Of a DNA stretch of 64,000 nucleotides, positions 55,404 through 64,000 are shown piece by piece. Below the pieces are notes generated by a model. That model was given only the letters and a program-made list of their open reading frames with translations. It ran no database searches and was not told where the DNA came from. Source of the DNA: a virus. The translations under genes were made by a program, and so were the position numbers. Every line of letters begins with the position of its first letter. The stretch's first letter is position 1. The DNA lies in the IMG/VR virus record IMGVR_UViG_3300045988_177920, positions 1 through 64,000 of that record; one strand, written 5' to 3'.

Positions 55404-55930
55404 ACTCCAGTGCTTCCAAAGCCTCCTCTATTAATGTTTTCTAAATCTTGAACTTCTTCTATTTTAATACCATTAGTAAATAACCATTTTAGTTTTTGCC
55501 AAATATTAGCTTTTTGGCTAAGCTGTATTCTGAACTGACATACTCTTGCACCTTCAGGAATAGTGGTTTCAGCTAAAGCAATGAGTGGCAATTTCCATTC
55601 GTCTCCATTGCCATTATAGCTATTATCTATAATGCCTATAGAATTAGCTTGTATCAATCCATATTTATGAAGACTACTTCTAGGTACTAATACAGCTTCA
55701 AATCCTGCAGGCAATTTTATTGCCACACCAAGGGGTACAAGTTTCTTAGAGAATTTTACATCTCTATATGCAGTTGTTACTCCATTAACTGTTTTACGTT
55801 TTAATGTTTCCGATTGAGGGGCTTTAAAATACACCTCACATGCAGCAGCAAGATCTACCCAATCTCCCTTTTTAATATCTCTAGGCATATAAGTATTGCC
55901 TATCTTTTTAATTTTAATCTTTAGTTTCAT
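55400..55930 (-). CDS. dut: dUTP pyrophosphatase
   Basis: VLVPRSS, GIIDNSYNGNGDEW and the C-terminal RGGFGSTG (motif 5). Confidence 0.8.
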   Translation of the reverse strand: MKLKIKIKKIGNTYMPRDIKKGDWVDLAAACEVYFKAPQSETLKRKTVNGVTTAYRDVKFSKKLVPLGVAIKLPAGFEAVLVPRSSLHKYGLIQANSIGIIDNSYNGNGDEWKLPLIALAETTIPEGARVCQFRIQLSQKANIWQKLKWLFTNGIKIEEVQDLENINRGGFGSTGV

Positions 55931-56105
55931 CGTTAAATCCTATTACTTTAGTGTCTAATTTAGTTAATGAATGAATGATATTTTTATTAGTTGTATATGT
56001 TTTATTAACATATACTGTTATACCAAAAATTATTAGTTTAATTATACATACTGCATATTCATTTTCTAAATATTCTTTCTGAATTTTTTTAATCATGCTT
56101 TCCAA
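55914..56105 (-). CDS. small hydrophobic protein (63 aa)
   Basis: Track ORF with a TTG start and the TM-like segment AVCIIKLIIFGITVYV. Confidence 0.35.
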   Translation of the reverse strand: MESMIKKIQKEYLENEYAVCIIKLIIFGITVYVNKTYTTNKNIIHSLTKLDTKVIGFNDETKD

Positions 56106-56569
56106 AATTTATGTGTAATGTCTATTAGTTTATCTTTACCACTAGATGTATGTACTACTTTATACATTTTTTGATTTGTAGTTTTCTTATTAAGAGGTCC
56201 TAAATTCTCTTTATATGAACCTATTTTAACATAATCAAAAAAACATAGATGCACGTCTTTACTTAATACATCATTACCACTGTACCATCCAACTTTTAAA
56301 TTGGGATAATATTTCTTAATATCCTGTGCAATATTATCTACTTCACTTGGGAATTTATCGCCCCCCATAATACAAACACAAGTAATGCCTTTATTAGCAT
56401 TAATAAGTTCTGTTAAATGCTGTAAATCAAGGAGCTCTCCTATATCTTCTGTTAAATGAGGCGAGTGGCAATTTATGCATCTATTAGGGCATCCTGTTAT
56501 ATTAATACATAATGTAACTTCATCAGGTATTTCACTGAATGTTATCTGTGTCTCTAGATATTTTAGCAT
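56093..56569 (-). CDS. nrdG: anaerobic ribonucleotide reductase activating protein (radical SAM)
   Basis: The CxxxCxxC cluster motif is GCPNRCINCHSP. 158 aa, immediately downstream of nrdD. Confidence 0.8.
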   Translation of the reverse strand: MLKYLETQITFSEIPDEVTLCINITGCPNRCINCHSPHLTEDIGELLDLQHLTELINANKGITCVCIMGGDKFPSEVDNIAQDIKKYYPNLKVGWYSGNDVLSKDVHLCFFDYVKIGSYKENLGPLNKKTTNQKMYKVVHTSSGKDKLIDITHKFWKA

Positions 56570-59500
56570 ATACTCTAATTTTTTGTTCCTCTTGTCTTCC
56601 TTTAGACCAGTTGTTAATTTTTGTTAAATCATTTATACTCAGACTTTCATCTTATTTCTAAAATATTTTTGTATGACTATTTTTTGTTCATCAGTTAAAG
56701 ATTTAATGCACTCATGCAATTCTTGAGTATTACATATTAACGTATCTTTCATAAATATAGTTTCAAATAGATATCTATAATATGCTGCCTCTTCTTTTGT
56801 TTTTGTTTGGGGACTATAATACTTTTTACCATTATAGCAAAATTCACAATGCCAAGGTTTATTGGGCCTGTTTGGATTATAATATAAGCCCTTTATACCA
56901 CTTTTGTTATCTCTTAAAGTATTATATAACTGTTCTTGTCTAGAGGCAAATCGTAAATTTTTCTTACAGTTATTATGGGTATTTCTGTCTATATGGTCTA
57001 TTTCACAATTAGGATCCCCCATAATTAATCTGTGAAAATAAATAGTATGGCCTGTTACTAAATAGGGCATATTATTTCTGCCTTTATAAACAGTTCTCCA
57101 TTTTTTACTACTAAGATACTTAACATCTTCAATATCTAGTGTATATGTCTCTATGATATTTCCATATTGATCGTAAGTATCTATTTCTGCATAAGTGTCT
57201 AAAATTCTTATTTCATTATCATCCCATACAGTTCTTTGATTATGGTCTTTTACTTCACCAAATCTTCTAAACTGTTGATAATGTTTAGAACATAATTGTA
57301 GTTTTATACTACCATACTTGTCTATAATTTTACCACAAGCACTACAATAATTAATTTTTTTCATACATATAAATATTTGAGATTAGACTATACCTTTATC
57401 CTAAATAGGATACCTCTTGGTAGTCGTTGGGGGCTTTCTCTAAAGAGACTATCCCTGCTGATTATCCATTGTTACATCTTTAAAATTTTTACACTTTGGT
57501 ATTTAAAGCTTTAGGAACTTCCAGCATATTCGAGGTTTGCTATAAATATTACTATTTATAGGGGCATTTAATGTTTACCCGATTACCCTGTCCCATAAAC
57601 TAATTTTAGTAGAACCACATTTAGGACATTTAGTAATGGGGTTCTTTGTTATATATCCACAATCTTCACATTCTGCATTAGGAACATTAAAAGTAAAGTA
57701 TTTACACTTTTGTTTAGCTGCAAAATTAAGTAATTGTTCATATTGCTTAATAGATAAATGAGCATCTAGATTTAAATGCGCAGCAGATCCTCCATCAAGT
57801 TTATTAGATGCAAATTGTTCACTATGTAGAATTATTTTATCCAATATAGAGATATTTGCATCATTAGGTTTAAAAATATAACTAGCATATAAGTTAGTAT
57901 CTTCTGGCACCCAGTATCCGTCTTTTTTATCTCTATTATAAAGCTTTATAGCAGCTGATTCAGCAGGAACTTGTTCAGTATTAAACCTTTCGTGTTTAGT
58001 TCTGTGCTTTTTATTTTCCTCACTAATAGTACTGAATATCAAAGAGCAGAACTCTTTATATTTAATGTTATTATTACACTCTATTCCTAGAAATTCTGCA
58101 GCTTGATTTAGACCGTTAATGCCTATTGTTAAATATTGTTTATCCAAATCTATAAATCCTGCATTATATGCAGCATAAAGATTATTATCTTTTGCCCAAT
58201 GAAGTAAAGCATTATAAGCTCTATGATACTTATAAACATCTTTTAATACCTTTCTAAGATAATTAGAAAGAGACTCTTGCCAATTAATAGATGTTACACA
58301 GCTGCCTTTCCAGTCTTGAATAATTCTATTTAAATCTAAAGTTATAACTTGTTTAGAACCTGTCATAACTCCTATTTGACCATTAGTTGTACTAAAAGTA
58401 TTCTCTTGTACAGCATTCTGTAATCGGCAACAACTACTAAGACTATCTACACTTTCTGATAAATAAGTAAAGAAAGAGTTACCTTCTGAATATTCCTTAC
58501 AAATAAATTTAAAGGCATCTGAATCTTTTAATGTATTATTTTCTATCAAACATGCGTAACTACATACAGGAAAAGTAAGTATACATTTAAGTCTTTCTTG
58601 ATTTAACCAATGAAGATACCTTTGTTGTAGCCAATTAGTGGATTCCCATACAGGTTTTGTTTTATCTGGAAATAAAAACTCTCCAAACATTCCTTCAAAG
58701 AAGTATTTATCAAAGAATGAGAAGTTTACAAAAGGAGATTGCATTCCTCTAGAGCCTGCTATTTGATTTATACTATAGGTAACTTGTTGAAAATATTGAT
58801 CTATTTGAGAGCCTATAGTTTTATGTCTGTTACAGTAATCAGAAGAGATAACAGCATCACTTTTTAAGTAATATTCTTCTCCCCACTCTTTCCTACAAAA
58901 ATAGTCCATGTACATAATAAATTCAGGTGTTGCCACTGCTCCTTTTACTTCTGAAGCCAATGCAAACACAAGATTTACATATATACCACAAAAAGAATCT
59001 ATATTTCTTGGTACTGCTGATTTACCTCCTAAATCTTTAAGACCATTTAATAAGAAGGGATACATAGATACTGCCATACAATATGGCATAAGTACTTGAG
59101 ATGAGGAATCATGTGCATAAAGAATGGTATTAAAATCTTTACGCATCTTTTTAATAGATACTTCTGGAAATAGCTTCTTTACTGCCATTTCCCATAAGTA
59201 CATATTAGTGTTTTTATTAGCAGTTTTATGTATTTCTGCATTTAAAACCCCTATACCTTTAGTTCCTACATTAGAATTATCGTCTATAGTAGCATTAGCA
59301 GTATTATCAGATTTAACAAAATTCTGTATAAACTCCCACATGTTCTGCGCCTGATCTCTAATATTCTTATGAGCTTCTCTATATATAATATATGATTTAG
59401 CAACATCATAAGGTGCAAGATCTATAAGTATCTTTTCAACTTTGTCCTGTATAGTTTCAACACTTATGACTTCCCCATGAACATTAATAATGCCTTTAAG

Positions 59501-59623
59501 ACTTAATAATACATCACTCCCAACAGTTTTACCCTGAGATTTATATGCAGCTTCTACTGCAGATATAATTTTATTAGGGTTAAACATTTCAAGAGTTCCA
59601 TCTCTTTTTAATACCTTCATCAC
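56532..59623 (-). CDS. nrdD: anaerobic ribonucleoside-triphosphate reductase, two exons: 57577..59623 and 56532..56650 (721 aa)
   Basis: Exon 1 ends ...CEDCGY...CPKCGSTKISLWDRVIG plus a U. Joining it to AU at 56650 makes RVIG-Y-ESLSINDLTKINNWSKGRQEEQKIRVY, which restores the glycyl-radical RxxGY and NxGK..E...R tail. The stop is TGA 56532-56534, overlapping nrdG by 38 nt. Confidence 0.75.
56639..57364 (-). CDS. HNH homing endonuclease with AP2-type DNA-binding domain
   Basis: EIDHIDRNTHNNCKKNLRFASRQEQ is the HNH motif. GIKGLYYNPNRPNKPWHCEFCYNGKKYYSPQTKTKEEAAYYRY is AP2-like. Its last four codons (including the stop) lie beyond the proposed 3' splice site. Confidence 0.7.
   Translation of the reverse strand: MKKINYCSACGKIIDKYGSIKLQLCSKHYQQFRRFGEVKDHNQRTVWDDNEIRILDTYAEIDTYDQYGNIIETYTLDIEDVKYLSSKKWRTVYKGRNNMPYLVTGHTIYFHRLIMGDPNCEIDHIDRNTHNNCKKNLRFASRQEQLYNTLRDNKSGIKGLYYNPNRPNKPWHCEFCYNGKKYYSPQTKTKEEAAYYRYLFETIFMKDTLICNTQELHECIKSLTDEQKIVIQKYFRNKMKV
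56651..57576 (-). mobile_element. group I intron in nrdD (carries an HNH-AP2 endonuclease ORF)
   Basis: The minus strand has atgctggaag (P-like), ataatcagcaggg (Q-like), cccaacgactac (R-like) and ggtatagtctaatc (S-like). gccc near the 5' end can pair with the exon end gggU. The intron ends in G at 56651. Confidence 0.65.
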
Positions 59624-60669
59624 CAGTTATTTACTCTATTAATCCATTTTACTATATTATTCGGTCTATCTTCATAGATATCTTTAGGTACTTTAGGTTT
59701 TGATTCCAGATAGTCATGGAGTTCTTCACCTATAACAAAAGGATCTCTCATTTTAATATCAAAACCTGCACCATATATCAATTCTCCTCCAGCTTGTGTA
59801 TCAGTAAATTCCCAAACCAAAGGCGTTAATGTTTTCCTATTAACTACTATAAATCTATAATTTGCAAGTTGGAAGTCTTTAAAATATTCATCTTCATCCA
59901 TATTGGCTCTTAATAATCTCCAGTACAGACGTGATTGTAAATCATATCTCCAAGTGGCAAAACTTTTATAAAACTCCCATTCAGGTTTACCAGATGTTTT
60001 CAAATCTATTGGAATAATTAGTTTTTTATCATGATCAACTATTATCAGATCCATCATTCCTCTATATTCAATATTATTGAATATGTGTTTAAACTTCAAC
60101 TGATAAAGTTGTTCGATATCACCAAAAGGATTGTCTATAAAATATTGACTTGTAGAAGGACTTTCTTTTAAAGCATTTACAGCACTTATAACATCTTGAT
60201 ATATATCTTGAGATAGTATAGTTTTGTCTTGAGCTATATATAAAAGTTTATAGTATTCTTCCCCCTTCTCCTTAATTACCTTAATTCTGGTTTCAGGCTT
60301 CCAATTTTGCTGATAGTTATGACTGTCTATAATAGGCAATAAAACATTATTAGGAATTTCCTCTAAAGAAGTATATTGATTTTTATACACCTCAAAAGCA
60401 TGTTTTACTATAGATATTATAGAGTCAGGAATACTTGGAAATTCCGCTACCATAAATCTGGCGTTAAATTCTTCTTCCCCTCCTGTTATAATACTATCTA
60501 CAGCAGAACCAAATGTTAAAGAAGGAGTGTCTATGTTATCAAATAAACTATCAAGTTTATTAAATCCTTCTCTTTCAAACTTTGCTAAAGTTGAATAGGA
60601 TAAAGCAGGGTCTTTTCTATAAGTATCCTCTGATACATCCCAGCTAATTTCTTTTAATGATTTAATCAT
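59620..60669 (-). CDS. PD-(D/E)xK family (RecB/Cas4-like) nuclease
   Basis: GMMDLIIVD...LIIPIDLKTSGKP...YDLQSRLYW fits the D...(D/E)xK...QxxxY pattern. Confidence 0.65.
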   Translation of the reverse strand: MIKSLKEISWDVSEDTYRKDPALSYSTLAKFEREGFNKLDSLFDNIDTPSLTFGSAVDSIITGGEEEFNARFMVAEFPSIPDSIISIVKHAFEVYKNQYTSLEEIPNNVLLPIIDSHNYQQNWKPETRIKVIKEKGEEYYKLLYIAQDKTILSQDIYQDVISAVNALKESPSTSQYFIDNPFGDIEQLYQLKFKHIFNNIEYRGMMDLIIVDHDKKLIIPIDLKTSGKPEWEFYKSFATWRYDLQSRLYWRLLRANMDEDEYFKDFQLANYRFIVVNRKTLTPLVWEFTDTQAGGELIYGAGFDIKMRDPFVIGEELHDYLESKPKVPKDIYEDRPNNIVKWINRVNNW

Positions 60670-60892
60670 CTATATCTATATATGAAATGTACTCTATTAA
60701 TGCGTAACGCAAATTTTCTAAATCTTCAACAGCAGCTTCCTGTTTAAAATAATCTTCTTCAGTATCACCAAAGGTTTTTCTGAGTTTATATATATCGGAT
60801 TCTACAATTTCCAGAATATCTTGAAATCTTCGATTTTCCAAATATTTACTACAAATTTTAAAATCCTTTTCAGGAAGTGCCGGAAGTAACAT
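60662..60892 (-). CDS. hypothetical acidic protein (76 aa)
   Basis: Track ORF with overlaps on both sides. Confidence 0.45.
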   Translation of the reverse strand: MLLPALPEKDFKICSKYLENRRFQDILEIVESDIYKLRKTFGDTEEDYFKQEAAVEDLENLRYALIEYISYIDIDD

Positions 60893-61418
60893 TCTTATCT
60901 AATGAAGTGGTTGCATATTCTTTTATTATTTCTATTGCTTGTAATAGTTGTTTTTTAGTATAAATTTCAAAGTACATAGAGGGAGTTTTAATTGTATTTA
61001 AGTACCTAAGAAACAGTTTCTTTTTTATAGGAAATACATCATTTTCAAACCCCTTGGATTCTATATAAATATCTATTCCATTATATTTAAAATAAAAATC
61101 AGGAGTGTATCTGATACCTTGAAATTTATTTGATTTTTTAACTAACTTTCTTGCAGAACTATCTCCTAATTCTCTTCTTTTCTTTAATTGGTTATCCGTT
61201 TCTTTATCATAATAAGGAGTTTTAGCTTCAAAAGCATCAATTAAAGTGAAAGTTTTAGGCTCATATTTCGGCTTAAACCCCAACTGTTGAAGAGTGTTAT
61301 AAACACTCTTTTCTAGTTGGGATTTAAACGTAATATTTTTCTGCTTAGTTATTGTGGCGTTCCTGATTTTTTTATTCATCAGGGAACATTTCTTTATAAA
61401 AAGGTTCAAGTGCCTCAA
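60870..61418 (-). CDS. T7 endonuclease I-like junction-resolving nuclease
   Basis: IRYTPDFYFKYNGIDIYIESKGFE matches the PDF...ExK core of phage endonuclease I. Confidence 0.6.
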   Translation of the reverse strand: MRHLNLFIKKCSLMNKKIRNATITKQKNITFKSQLEKSVYNTLQQLGFKPKYEPKTFTLIDAFEAKTPYYDKETDNQLKKRRELGDSSARKLVKKSNKFQGIRYTPDFYFKYNGIDIYIESKGFENDVFPIKKKLFLRYLNTIKTPSMYFEIYTKKQLLQAIEIIKEYATTSLDKNVTSGTS

Positions 61419-61866
61419 TGGCTAATTTAGCATCTTCTTCAGATCTAAATAATGCTATATTAGAGTACTTTCCATGTTCAGTGGAGGTTATCTCACATAT
61501 AGTACCATCAAACAGGCTTATACAATAAAGTTTAGGACTTTTTAATATATGATCCTCATACTTCTTATCCAGATCTATTGCTATTTGTTTAAGCACTAAA
61601 GAGAAGGTAATTGCAATATTAACTTCTTTTAGTTTATCTAGAACTCCAAGAAGTTTTTCAGGCTTCCATTTAAGTTTAGCAGCTAAATTGTCAATTGCTG
61701 TACTTAAAAGTCCTAAAGAAGAAGGCTTTTTATTGAGTTTTTTATCAATATACTCACTTGCCTTTTGCGGATTAACTATTACATCAAAAAGAAAGTCTTC
61801 AAATTCTTCTTTTGTAAAAGTTATTTTAGAAATTGTAGTTTCCATAATAAAATTAATTTTATGCAA
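61372..61866 (-). CDS. hypothetical protein (164 aa)
   Basis: Track ORF with a TAA stop. Confidence 0.5.
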   Translation of the reverse strand: MHKINFIMETTISKITFTKEEFEDFLFDVIVNPQKASEYIDKKLNKKPSSLGLLSTAIDNLAAKLKWKPEKLLGVLDKLKEVNIAITFSLVLKQIAIDLDKKYEDHILKSPKLYCISLFDGTICEITSTEHGKYSNIALFRSEEDAKLAIEALEPFYKEMFPDE

Positions 61867-61895
61867 AGGTAATAAATAATTTTTAATTACAGATA

Positions 61896-62486
61896 TTATT
61901 GTTTATTTATTATAAGACTCCAATATGCTTCTTTTGTTAGTTCTATATTATTAGGTTTAATAACTAATCTATTGATTCTCAAAGGATCTAATAGTCTAAT
62001 TTCCATTGTTTGTTCAAATAATACCGGAATTATTTTTTTAGATAGGAAATTATTAAATATATTATCATTATTTACATATGCATTATTTATAAATATAACT
62101 GATACATCATTTCCTTGCAATCTAGCAAATAGGGTATCAGTAGTTATATAAGTTAATAATATAGGTTCAAACTCATTATTGAATATACAGCCACATCCTA
62201 TATAATAAATCTTATTTCGAATACTAAAACGTGATATTTGATTTCCACAAGATTTTAATAATGCTTCGCAAGGATTTGCAACAGAACAGACTCCATTTCT
62301 AATTATATTTAATGAGACTGCCCTAACTCCATTTTCAATCTTTCTTGCAAACCGATATAATAATCTAGGAAAGCAATCAATGTTATATATCAATGAAGCA
62401 GAGTAATCAATATTTGATTTTTCTACTAAACGAGGGTTAGTAATAAATCTTGTTATGGCATTTCTTGTTTTGGCGGATATTTTCAT
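61896..62486 (-). CDS. hypothetical Cys-rich protein (196 aa), translationally coupled to the ThiF-like gene
   Basis: Track ORF. Its start overlaps the ThiF-like stop by 4 nt (ATGA). It contains no His residue and several Cys (GVCSVANPCEALLKSCG, YIGCGCIF). Confidence 0.5.
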   Translation of the reverse strand: MKISAKTRNAITRFITNPRLVEKSNIDYSASLIYNIDCFPRLLYRFARKIENGVRAVSLNIIRNGVCSVANPCEALLKSCGNQISRFSIRNKIYYIGCGCIFNNEFEPILLTYITTDTLFARLQGNDVSVIFINNAYVNNDNIFNNFLSKKIIPVLFEQTMEIRLLDPLRINRLVIKPNNIELTKEAYWSLIINKQ

Positions 62487-63292
62487 ACTTCAGTTTTTAA
62501 TAACATTGTTGTAGCATCATAAGAAATCTTAAAAGGAAGACATCTAAAATCTCCTGAAACTATGTTAGCTATATGATTTACAAATAAATTAGTAATTAAT
62601 GAAGCAATCATACTTGCACAAAAAGATGTTTGTTTGTATGAACAAGGAGCTTCTTCTACTGCATTATCACTGAATAAGTAATGTTCTTTATATTTAAATG
62701 CTGCATCCGCATTTTCTCCTGTTATACAGAAAATCTGAAAGTCCTCAGCATTTAATCTACCATCTATAAATATAGATTCTGCATCTCTTTTATTGTTTTT
62801 ATACCATGCTTCAAATATCTCTTTACGAGATGCCATATTATCAAATCCACATATGATATTTCTTAGAGTTTCCGTACTTATTGTTGTGTCTGAAGTTAAT
62901 CTGGAAATATTACTATATGCTCTATAAAAGTCACTAAACGCATTTATCGTATTAATACAAGAATATACTTTAGAATCTCCTATATTGTTTTTATTAAATA
63001 ATTGCCCTGCTAAATTAACCTCTTCAACATTATCATTGTCATATAGTCTAATCTTATAAGGATTTAGCCTTGAAATTAATAAAGAAGTCCAAGAACCAAT
63101 ACCTCCACATCCTGCTATAGTAACAGTAGTTTGCTGAATTTTATTAAACCATTCTGCATCATTAAAACGTACTGTATTTAATTTTACCAATAAAGATTCA
63201 GAGTTTTCTTGCAGTTCGGCATTTTCATCTTGTTCTATACTATCTATAGCAGCATTTATTTCTGCCATAAGTTCATTACTTATTCCATCCAT
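62483..63292 (-). CDS. ThiF/MoeB/E1-like adenylyltransferase domain protein
   Basis: The Rossmann loop is TIAGCGGIGSW, followed by LYDNDNVEEVNLAGQLF and CGFDNMASRKE. This matches the E1-superfamily adenylation-domain pattern. Confidence 0.65.
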   Translation of the reverse strand: MDGISNELMAEINAAIDSIEQDENAELQENSESLLVKLNTVRFNDAEWFNKIQQTTVTIAGCGGIGSWTSLLISRLNPYKIRLYDNDNVEEVNLAGQLFNKNNIGDSKVYSCINTINAFSDFYRAYSNISRLTSDTTISTETLRNIICGFDNMASRKEIFEAWYKNNKRDAESIFIDGRLNAEDFQIFCITGENADAAFKYKEHYLFSDNAVEEAPCSYKQTSFCASMIASLITNLFVNHIANIVSGDFRCLPFKISYDATTMLLKTEV

Positions 63293-63870
63293 AATAAAAG
63301 ACTGTTTAGTATTATTTTAATATATTTGTTAGATGTATATTTTGATAATTCTTGATATAAAGCATTTGCTAAATTTCTACCCTCATCTATTCTGAAAAAT
63401 CCTTCTCCATCAGTATATTCTGAAAACAGTACTTCAAGAAGACTATCTATCCACATATTAAATGTTTCTAGATCTTTAAATCTTTTATCATAAATAGCTT
63501 CCATTTTAGGAACCCATTCATAAAGATTTAGATTGGTATTATTGGCAGAAAGAATGCTTCCTGTTATAATTTGTCTAAGTATTGTTTGTACTTGTTTATT
63601 ATCTATATGAATATTTTTAGGAAATTCCGAATAGTCTGCTGTGGCAAATTTATCATTAATACTTTTATCAGCTTCTGAATAAGGACTTTCAGGCATAAAA
63701 GTTTTTGAATAATAAAATGAATTATTTACCCAATCTGGTTGTATCATCAACTTTTCTTGCTTCTTCAGCTCTTCTTGCCTCTTTAATTCCCTTTGTTTCT
63801 TCTCTTCTTCAATCTGTGCTATTCTAGCATCAATTTCAGAGTAATCTATATCTTCTTTAATTATTTCCAT
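63280..63870 (-). CDS. hypothetical protein with a charged coiled-coil N-terminus; the ORF may extend beyond the window
   Basis: Track ORF from ATG 63870. The same frame stays open (no stop) up to position 64000, so the real start could lie upstream of the window. Confidence 0.45.
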   Translation of the reverse strand: MEIIKEDIDYSEIDARIAQIEEEKKQRELKRQEELKKQEKLMIQPDWVNNSFYYSKTFMPESPYSEADKSINDKFATADYSEFPKNIHIDNKQVQTILRQIITGSILSANNTNLNLYEWVPKMEAIYDKRFKDLETFNMWIDSLLEVLFSEYTDGEGFFRIDEGRNLANALYQELSKYTSNKYIKIILNSLLLWME

Positions 63871-64000
63871 TTTACTATATTTTATATTAATAGATTCTTC
63901 AGTATATTCTTTATCTTTAGAAACTTCTTTACCATTAAATGTCTTATACTTTATAGTTTCTTTAATAATTTTATTAGAAACACACTTTCTTGTTATAAAT

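Overview
This is a strongly AT-rich 64-kb piece of a crAss-like (Crassvirales-type) phage genome, and it has three parts. (1) 1-33491 (+) holds late and structural genes: tail-fibre paralogs, a lysis cassette, a scaffold-like gene, the major capsid protein (MCP), small virion proteins, and very large tail or ejection proteins of 1585, 951, 383 and 2715 aa. (2) 33541-46589 (-) is a convergent block of three genes encoding proteins of 1779, 280 and 2284 aa. The last carries the DFDID (DxDxD) motif of the crAss-type virion RNA polymerase. (3) 46915-64000 (-) is a replication and nucleotide-metabolism module: family A DNA polymerase, dUTPase, ThyX, thioredoxin, NrdD/NrdG, two nucleases, a ThiF/E1-like enzyme and many small ORFs. 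The main observation is that parts 1 and 2 only make sense if TAG is translated, most likely as Gln. I read the joined frames codon by codon and found no TAA or TGA across up to 2715 codons, while each large gene contains dozens of in-frame TAG. Part 3 has intact standard-code ORFs. Every gene I checked in the window ends in TAA or TGA, apart from one doubtful small ORF. The MCP gene is split by three group I introns: two carry HNH homing endonucleases and one carries a decayed endonuclease. nrdD is split by a related intron at the glycyl-radical codon. I saw no tRNA (including a suppressor tRNA), rRNA or CRISPR array. All functions are inferred from motifs read by eye. No database search was run, and intron, terminator and promoter coordinates are approximate.
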